From: the human T2T-CHM13v2.0 reference genome, Homo sapiens
Reading direction: 5' to 3' (one strand)
Assembly (NCBI RefSeq): GCF_009914755.1
Contig: NC_060931.1
DNA length: 64,000 nt
Notes under the pieces: generated by a model
What the model was told of the DNA's origin: nothing
Seen by the model: the letters and a program-made list of their open reading frames with translations, nothing else
Databases searched by the model: none
Shown: in pieces, positions 55,600 through 64,000 of the stretch
How positions within the stretch are numbered: the stretch's first letter is position 1
Layout of the letters: every line of letters begins with the position of its first letter
Made by a program: the position numbers and the translations under genes

Positions 55600-56620
55600 T
55601 CAAAATTAAGCTATTAAAAATATCATTTAGAGGAAAAAAGGGTGAGTTACAGAATTGAAGGAGACAAAGGGCTTGCATGTAAAATATATAACAAACATTA
55701 ACAAGTCAATAAGAACCAGACAATGTAATAGAAATAAATTCATGAGAGACTTGAGCTAAAACGTCAGAAAAGAGCATGCCCAAATGACTAAAAACATATA
55801 AAAAGGCACCTACCTACTCTCAGTCAGGAAAATACGAGTGTAAATAACAATAACATGTATAACAATGGCTAAAATGTAAAAAGAAATAATACTAAATATT
55901 GACAAAATTGTGTCAATATCAAGTATGATATAGTTGATAATATAACATATTGAATCAATTGTGGAGTAAATGGACCTCTCATAATATTTTGGAGGGAGTA
56001 AAAACCACTTTGGAAAACTATTTGGATGTACCTAAAGAGCTGGATGTCTCTTTGAACATACCCATGTCACATGACTGGGCAACTCTGTTTCTACTTAAAT
56101 CACCAAAAAAACCTGGTGCACCTGTGTATTCTTGTAGATGAATTTATGTACAAGAATTTTCACAGCTGCAATAGTTATAATAGCGTAATTGAAAATTATC
56201 CACGTGGCTGTCACCAATAAGAATGGATAAATAAATTATAATAGAGTTACTGATAGAAATAATATACATCAGCAACAATGAATAAATTAGAACACTTTTT
56301 AACAATAACCATGAATCTCATGGCCACTGTTAAGACAAGATGCAAGACACAAAATAATACATATTACTTGACCATATACGTAAACTCAAACTTAGGCAAA
56401 ACTAAGTTCAAGTTCAGTTGATTTTAAGGTAACCACTTAAGGTAAGTGGTTTCCTTTACAGAGCCAAAAAGGATGAATGATTGAGAAGGAACTTGTGCTG
56501 GCTGTTTCACCTCACAGTCTAAGTGGTAATCCCACAAGTGTTCATTATGTTCACTGAGCTACACATTCATGTCGTGTGTAATTTTTGTTGTTATATTTAA
56601 ATTTTCAGAAAAAAAGTCAA
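55600..56620 (+). mobile_element. L1ME-type 3' region
   Basis: accactttggaaaactatttgg; gaatggataaataaatt. Confidence 0.65.
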
Positions 56621-57916
56621 TGGTGAATAATCTTGGAATGTTTCTCTCACTATAGGATATACCTTTCGATATGGAGATTTATATGTCTTTAAGTTTAAAA
56701 AAATATGTTGCGTAATTTAACATTTATTCCATTCTTTAAAATGTGGGCTTTTTCTTCACAGAATTCAAATGTTTACACTGGCTCTAATTTACTTGACTTT
56801 CATTTTATCTATACTCATTTTAAATTTCTTGTTCCTTTTAATACATTTCTCATATCCATATTTACTGCCTTTATTAAGTATTTCATAATGTTTATTTTCC
56901 TATAGTTTTCCCATTTGCCATAATATATACGATGAACTTTCCCTTTCTTTTCTCTGTTCTACCAGTTCCACTGCATAAATACAGATGTTTTATAATTTTT
57001 CCCTGATTATTTTTGTATCTGTTTAGTTGTTGTATTCACAGATGTGAATGATTGACTTATGATAATTAAATTTGAGACTCAATGGTTGGATTAAATTTTC
57101 ATCTCTTCAGTAATTGTTTTTGAATATGTTCTGTTGATAGATTTGCCTGTACTTTTTCTTCCCTCTCCATGCTTTTGTTTGACATTATTACATGGATTCT
57201 CTTTCAGTTTTTTTTAAAGATTGTACTTATTTTTAGAGCAGTGGATTTTTCCTGGTCCAGCTTTGGAGGAGTTTTCTGGAGGGTGAGGACAACCCATGAA
57301 TAGCATCGCAGATTGTCCAGTGTTCACAAAGCAAAACTTCTCTCAATCCTTCTTTTACTTCCTACAAATATAACTTAGTTCTCCTTGGCACAAAAAAATG
57401 AGTGCTGGTGCTAGTCTGCTATTAGGCCATAGAATTTTGTTTATTATTATTATTTTTGGCCATGCACTTTAGAGCCTCCTGTTGCAAACAATAGATGCAG
57501 ATCTGTGCCCCGAGCGGGACCTCTCTCCATTAGGAAGTGTGGCTGCAGGTTTATTCTCTGCACACTACTCTTACTATTAGTCCTCTCTGTGACATATCTA
57601 CCTGCTCATCTCCTCCCTGCATGGCCCGTCTCACCTGAGCCCATCTACAGCTTTATTTTATGTGTAAGGAGTTTCTATTTTTCCCGTTTGCTAAAACTAG
57701 AGCTGCATTTTCCTTTCTCCTTTGTTCTTAGTTTACAGGATTTGAACAGACAAATATTGAATTTCAATTACTGTGTTCAAGCCATACATCCAATACACCT
57801 GTTTTATATGACATATGGGATGCTTGTGAATTCCATATTATCAGTAAATAATAAGTGTCAAAAATGCTTACTTTAATTATCTCCTGTAAATGATGTTACA
57901 GACTGTACAATACTTG

Positions 57917-58294
57917 TGTATTAGTTCCTTCACACGCTGCTATGAAGAAATACCTGAAACTGGGTAATTTATAAAGAAAAGTGATTTAATTGACTCACAG
58001 TTCCGCATGCCTGGGGAGGCCTCAGGAAACTTACCATCATGGTGGAAGGGGACGCAAACATGTTCTTCTTCACATGGTGGCAGGAAGGAGAAGAATGATT
58101 GCCCAATGAAGGGGGAAGCCACTTATAAAATAATCAGATCTCATGAGAACTCACTCATTATCATGAGAACAGGATGGGGGAAACCATCCCCATGATTTAA
58201 TTACCTCCCATCAGGTCCCTCCTACAACATGTGAGGATTATGGGAACTACAATTCAAAATGAGATTTGGGTGGGGACACAGCTAAACCATATCA
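57917..58294 (-). mobile_element. THE1D solo LTR
   Basis: Full length; perfect 5-bp TSD acttg. Confidence 0.92.
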
Positions 58295-58366
58295 ACTTGT
58301 ATGTATGTCTGACTACGATATGGAATTTGTAAAATATATCCTACAGCCATCCATTCAGGTACTTAT

Positions 58367-58643
58367 GTGTTTGAGGGAAAATTGTATTTCTCTCAAGAGG
58401 AGAACTAAATAGGCCATATATATCTCTAGTTGATATTATTCTGTGACAATTTACATCACATAATTATTATGGGAATATCCAGTTGATGTAACGTGTCTTT
58501 AACCAATGCAATAGAGGATAGGTGTCACCTAATTCCTTAGGGGATCAGCCAGAAAACTGCTGCCCATATTAATGATATGTACTGATTCTTCTGAAGAAAT
58601 AAGCAAATGCCATATAACATTTTACCTGTATTTTTTTTATTTC
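58367..58643 (-). pseudogene. Fossil exon (WHLLISSEESVHIINMGSSFLADPL ... LVKDTLHQLDIPIIIM ... YIWPI), frameshifted, dead donor
   Basis: Acceptor tatattcctag after an 88-nt intron; donor reads ataagt instead of gtaagt. Confidence 0.5.
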
Positions 58644-58731
58644 CTAGGAATATAGTTTGAAATCCACAAATTTTTTAGAAATCAAGGGTTGAAATATGAA
58701 AAACATTGGATTTAGATTCTTAAGATAATAC

Positions 58732-58824
58732 CTCAGTGAAAAGGAGAGAAGCTTCATCAGTCTCATGTGTATATTTGCCAACCTCTGCAGAGACTTTTCT
58801 CTGTGCCATTTTTGTGCATTTATC
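58732..58824 (-). pseudogene. Fossil exon, 93 nt, phase 0/0: DKCTKMAQRKVSAEVGKYTHETDEASLLFTE
   Basis: Acceptor ttttaattaagtag; donor GAG|gtatta; fully open. Confidence 0.6.
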
Positions 58825-59065
58825 CTACTTAATTAAAAGTGCTATGTGTGTGTGTGTGTGTGTGTGTTTTGTGTTCTGAACTGCCCTCACTTCTTCCCAC
58901 TTGTAATTTTGCTCCTGTTGGATTTAAGCATCATGTTAGATGCTACTCATTATACTGATGTTTATTTAGAATACTTGCTTGATACTGAGATTTTAAAAAC
59001 AAAAATATATTCCCCTTTTGATTATTACATATGTATCCATTATAACAGATAAATGACTTAGTTTG

Positions 59066-59449
59066 TGTTTTGGGTTGAATGGTGTCAGCTCAAAGTCCAT
59101 ATGTTGAAGTCCCTACCCCTAGTACCTCAGAATGTGACAGTATTTGGAGATAAGACCTTAAAGAAGTATTTAAGTTAAAGTGAGGTTACTAGGGTGGATC
59201 CTACTCCGATATGACTGATGGCCTCATAAGAAGAGATTAAGAAGAAATTACTGAGGAAGAAGACCACGTGCAGACACTCGGAGAAGACATACATCTGTAA
59301 GCCAATGAGAGACACCCCGGAGGAAACCTACCTTGCTAACACCTTGACCTCCGACTTCTAGCCTCCAAAACTGTGAGAAAATAGATATCTGTTTTTGAAG
59401 CCACCCAGTCTGCAGTACTTTTTAATGATAGGCCTAGGAGACAAATACA
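59066..59449 (+). mobile_element. MLT1B-like LTR
   Basis: tgttttgggttgaat ... acaaataca; near-TSD gtttg/gttta. Confidence 0.85.
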
Positions 59450-60108
59450 GTTTATAAGTTATATGGAGATACTGCTGCAGAATAAGGAAATAAGAGAATA
59501 AATAGATAGTCAATGTAAATGAAGGATAGAGAAAATCAAGTGTCTTCAGGGATGTTAGTAGCAGGAGTAAAGGTGCCTTCTTTCTAAACTGCTGCTATTA
59601 ATCTTCCACAATCCTAAACCTACTGTGATGCCCATTTCTCACCCTCCACCAGTCTCTGACTCTCCCTAAACCAGTTTCAGCCATCTGGGAGAGACATCTG
59701 AAGTCTCAGTTTTAAGCGAGGGTCTCACTGTGTTGCTAATTACTAATGTGGGTGTGTGCATTTAAATGTGGTTTTGGGTCACTTGGCCCAGCGAAGGTCT
59801 TGGAGGATAGATTACAGGCCTAACTCCCCATGTTTCATTTACTCTGATAAAGTTTATAAACACTTAGATTTTTAAATAGAAAAAAAATAATCAATTTAGA
59901 TTTTTAAATTAAAACAATGGACTCATTGTCCCAATGTAGTTATGAAGATGCATTTTTTTCTACTTATTCTTTTATGCTCTCCTATTTTTTGTGGTTTTTA
60001 GCTATGTTTATACAACTCTACTTTTTATTTGGTATAACCAAACATGTATTTTCCACAGTCCTCAATTATTTATTGTTTATTCAGTTTAAAAACAGAATAA
60101 TATCTCAC

Positions 60109-60473
60109 CTAAAACAAAGGCTACTATGCTAAACATCCCCACCATTGTTGGGCATTCAGGAGTTTTAGAGAATTTGCTCTTTCAGTTACTGCTGGAGTGA
60201 ACAGATGGAGGATCTTTTTATTGTTTTCAGTATGTGCCTGTAAATAATCCATAAGGCTTGCCACCCAGTGAGGCTGAGTGCATTTCTCCTGTCTGTTTAA
60301 CCATGATGCTGCCAGTGTGACCTCACTACAGGAGACGGGTCTTGATAAGCCCTTCACCATCTGTCCAGTAGAAGGTAATCTCGAATTCCACTGAATAAAT
60401 ATAAAATGCTTAATGCTGTATAACATAGAGCTCCATGCTTCTCAGGAGAATAAGCTTTAAAAAGTAATCTCTG
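60109..60473 (-). pseudogene. Fossil exon, 365 nt: QRLLFKAYSPEKHGALCYTALSILYLFSGIRDYLLLDRW / frameshift / KGLSRPVSCSEVTLAASWLNRQEKCTQPHWVASLMDYLQAHTENNKKILHLFTPAVTERANSLKLLNAQQWWGCLA
   Basis: Strong acceptor ttctttgttttatttttatgcag; donor TAG|gtgaga; contains the 100-aa ORF 60124..60426. Confidence 0.75.
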
Positions 60474-60979
60474 CTGCATAAAAATAAAACAAAGAAATAT
60501 AATAAATAGAAGTAATATAATATATACCATATCATATATATTTTGTATTTATCAAGAGAATAAAAATAGAAATATAATCTTAGATCTATAAAGCATAACA
60601 ACATAAACTGGTAAATTGGTGGATACTTAGATCACAAAATAAAAGATATAATGGATACAATAAGAACAAAATATCTTATTTTTAAAATGAGAGTGAGAAA
60701 TATTTTTACAGTTACATGGAAGTCAAGTGGATATAAACTCCAGTTTTCTTGCTTCCAATCCTAAACAAATTTGTCATAACTGCATTTGTATTTTGACCAA
60801 TCCAAATCTACTTTTCACCTGTATTACTAGATGTCAGATATCATAACTTCTTGCTCAGTTAGGCAAAGACTACCTATATTATAATTAGGTCAAATGCTTA
60901 TTTTTATTTTCTTTACAGCATCAACATTTATGGCTTATTCAGAAAAAATCAACTTTTTAAAGTTTTTTTTTTGAATCAG

Positions 60980-61500
60980 GGCAATGCAAATAAGACACAT
61001 AATGTAACACTCTTTTTCATTCATAAAAAATGGCAAAAATGAATGTCTATTAAAGTTATGTATTAGAATGAGGACTAACAAAATCCTTTACGCATGACTT
61101 TTTGAAATTATTTGGCATTATCTACTAAAGTTGAAATATGCACACTCTATAAAACAGCAATGTCATTTTTAGGTGGATATCCAAAACAAATTATTGCACA
61201 TGTGCAGCAGATATAAGACAATGCATACATCAAAACACTCAAAATAGCAAAAAACTGGGAACATTCCAAATGCTCATTAACAGCACAAAATGTTATTAAA
61301 TTATATTTTACAGAATCAATACAACAGAATAACACATTCCATCTCAAATGAATGATCTTCATCTTCATACACCGACAAATAACTTTTCACAATATGGTAT
61401 TAAGTGAAAAAAAAAGTCCGGAAGAAAAGAAACAAACAAAAAATCCCACAATATTCTTTTAATAAAAATTAAATGCAATTAAAACAAAATTACATATTAT
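60980..61500 (+). mobile_element. L1ME-type fragment
   Basis: aatagcaaaaaactgggaacattccaaatgctcattaacag. Confidence 0.6.
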
Positions 61501-61829
61501 TTGAACACATAGTTGTGCTTAACAGATATTAATATATATACATATGGTGTGTATGCACATATATATGTGAATATGTGTGTATTTTTATATATCAAATAAT
61601 TAAAAATAGAAAATTGAGAATATTAATTATTGAGGTGAAAACTGATAAGGAAATCATTCTCTTGGTAATCAATAAAAAATGGACGTCGCATAATCTAAAA
61701 AAAAAACGAACTATCTAAACTAGCGAAGGGATTCTTAACATTTTACTCCCTTTCACACTCACTACACTCCTTTTACAGATATTCCATGTTTTAAATTCCT
61801 AGGACAATTTTGTAACCCTTTTATAGATC

Positions 61830-62190
61830 TGATATGGTTTGGGTCTGTGTTCCCACCCAAATCTCACCTTGAATTGTAATAATCCCCACATGTCGTGGTA
61901 GGGACCCAGTAGGAAGTAACTGATCATGGGGGGCGGGTTGTTCCCATGCTATTCTCGTGATAATGAATAAGTCTCATGAGATCTGATGGTTTTATAAAGA
62001 ATGGCTCCCCCCGCACACGGCCTCTTGCCTGCGGCCATGTAAGATGCGAGTTTGCTCCTCCTTAGCTTGTCGCCATGATCCTGAGCCCTCCCCAGCCATG
62101 TGGAACTGTGAGTCAATTAAATCCCTTTCCTTAATAAACTGCCCAGTCTTGGGTCTGTCTTTATTAGCAGCATGAGAACAGACTAATGCA
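61830..62190 (+). mobile_element. THE1B solo LTR
   Basis: Full length; perfect 5-bp TSD agatc. Confidence 0.92.
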
Positions 62191-62585
62191 AGATCCTAAA
62201 TGTTTTATTGGACAAATGCTGGAATCTCCTTTAAATATATATCTTCCTTATTTCTTCTAAATGGCCTTTTGGAAGTTTTCTAGCCAATGATAAGCGGCTT
62301 TCCCCTCCCTTGCTGCTGTCACCAGGTCTCGCCGCCTCCTTGTAGTTTCACAAGAGATCACCTTCCTGTCTACCCTGAGACAACTGTGGAGGTCTGCTTG
62401 ACCCACATCTAAAAGAAACTCATCATTTTGATGTGTCGGGGATATACGGTGTGGTGGGCCTCAGTGTCTAGCTGGTAAGCCCTCTCCTCCCCACAATTTC
62501 TGCAATGCAATTTGCAAATTTGTAGGTGTGTGTATAATACTACGTGTGTGTGTGTGTGTGTGTACATATATGTATATATACACAC

Positions 62586-62722
62586 ATGAAATTATGATTA
62601 TGGTTCTCTTCTTCCTCATAAAAAAAGAAGTGGAATGAGAATGCATAGAAATATGCAAGTTGATATAAATTTTTTTTCAAAGTACTGCTTATAAGTTGGG
62701 CATAGATACAAAGTGTCATTAT
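62586..62722 (-). pseudogene. Candidate fossil exon, 137 nt
   Basis: Long T-rich tract ending AAG; open in two frames (ORFs 62540..62755 and 62616..62828); donor gtgtgt. Confidence 0.4.
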
Positions 62723-63108
62723 CTTTAATAAAGACAAATAAAAAAAGCATAACAAATGGAAAAATCAATACATACAGAAGCACAAATAAACTAAAGATAG
62801 CAGATTTTCTTGAACTAATGATTAACATTAATCTAAATTATGCACCTGAGTCCTATAATGAATAATCATTTCACAAATATTCTTTGAGTTCTGATTTTAT
62901 GGCAGGTAACAACTAGGTTTAAAAATAGAGTAACATATTCAATATTGTCTAGCTGGTGAAAATAGAGTCAACCACAAATAATTAGAAAAATTATTATATT
63001 AATATGTTATTGTAATGACTGAGTTATGTCCAAGAAGGCATTTGTCAGCAAACAGTCACATTTAAAGATGAAAATATTCTTAGAAATTATTTAGCTACAG
63101 AAACTTAC

Positions 63109-63345
63109 CCAGTCGCTGGAAAATTGTTCTTCTTCAAGGTGTATTTTTGTTTTGACATTATTTACTTTATTGTCTTAAATGGTGAAGTAAAAACTTATTA
63201 TACGTGTCAAAAATTCCTACTATACATTTTCTTCTATTCTGTGATGACCAAAATTGAAGTACACTTTTTTCAGAATGTATATTATTTTTATGGAATGTGT
63301 GATACAAAATTTCAAAAAAAGATGACCTGAATAATAAACTACAGG
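63109..63345 (-). pseudogene. Fossil exon, 237 nt: ACSLLFRSSFFEILYHTFHKNNIHSEKSVLQFWSSQNRRKCIVGIFDTYNKFLLHHL, then stops/frameshift
   Basis: Acceptor ttacttacttatttctag; strong donor TGG|gtaagt; overlaps ORF 63167..63382. Confidence 0.75.
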
Positions 63346-63692
63346 CTAGAAATAAGTAAGTAACAAAGTCATATAAGGTCAATTTTAGTCAATGAAAATG
63401 TGAATTAGGAACAATTCCACCACCCCCATATAGGGTAGTATATACTATTGTCTTAGTTTCCCTTTAGCAAAGTAGAGAAAATGTAGATAATATATTATGT
63501 TTAAAATTTTTCAATATCATTGCTATATTTTATTTGGAATACTGTGTTATTGCATCCTCATTTACTTTCCAAATGGTATTATCTGCACTTCTCAAATAAA
63601 CTACGGCAATTGCATCCTTGTTTCAAGGCCTTTGGCTGGAAGACCCAAAACAGATAAAGATTACATGTTAAAGCAAGAGTACTGTCCTTAAC

Positions 63693-63826
63693 CCAAAAAA
63701 CTGTAGCCTACGCTCTGTGAGATGACTGCACCACAAAGTAGCCTTAGAGAAATGACGTCTGAATATGAAGAGGGTGGTCTATGGGGCAGATTCTTGATTT
63801 TACTAAATATCATATAGTCATGCTTT
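63693..63826 (-). pseudogene. Fossil exon, 134 nt, phase 2/1: KHDYMIFSKIKNLPHRPPSSYSDVISLRLLCGAVISQSVGYSFL
   Basis: Acceptor tttgcttcttgtttccatag; 44 open codons; donor TGG|gttaag; phase joins the next exon (G|CC = Ala). Confidence 0.7.
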
Positions 63827-64000
63827 CTATGGAAACAAGAAGCAAATTTTGAGATAGGCATTCTTTTGAAATTGTAACACTAATATTTTCATATCAGTTT
63901 GAGCTCATTATGTTATACAGCACAAATGTTTTGTATTTCTAAAACACTTTATCTTCCTCAAACTTCTATTACAAGACTATTTTTTTTAAACTGCCAGTCT

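Noticed and set aside
55895-56455. Small palindromes (atattgaca..tgtcaatat; aaccactta..taagtggtt)
   Set aside because: 9-bp stems inside decayed L1; expected by chance in AT-rich DNA.

Overview
AT-rich, repeat-dense primate genomic DNA, very likely human because it contains a near-perfect AluYg6. Roughly two thirds is transposon-derived: L1M/L1PB/L1PA, L2, Alu/FAM, THE1/MLT1, ERV1 and ERVL LTRs, an ERVL pol remnant, MER45 and MER2. I see no intact protein-coding gene. The main observation is that most non-repeat islands between about 3.9 kb and 63.8 kb read on the MINUS strand as spliceable exons (pyrimidine tract + AG ... GT). Many consecutive exons have compatible phases and protein-like translations, interrupted by stops, frameshifts, dead splice sites, a THE1D insertion and a templated insertion. 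This looks like the fossil of one large gene with more than 25 exons, whose 5' part lies beyond the right edge of the window, i.e. a probable unitary pseudogene. I do not recognise the protein. One exon cluster (12.5-13.1 kb) carries OTU-deubiquitinase-like motifs. Exon boundaries and repeat subfamilies were read by eye and need alignment to confirm.
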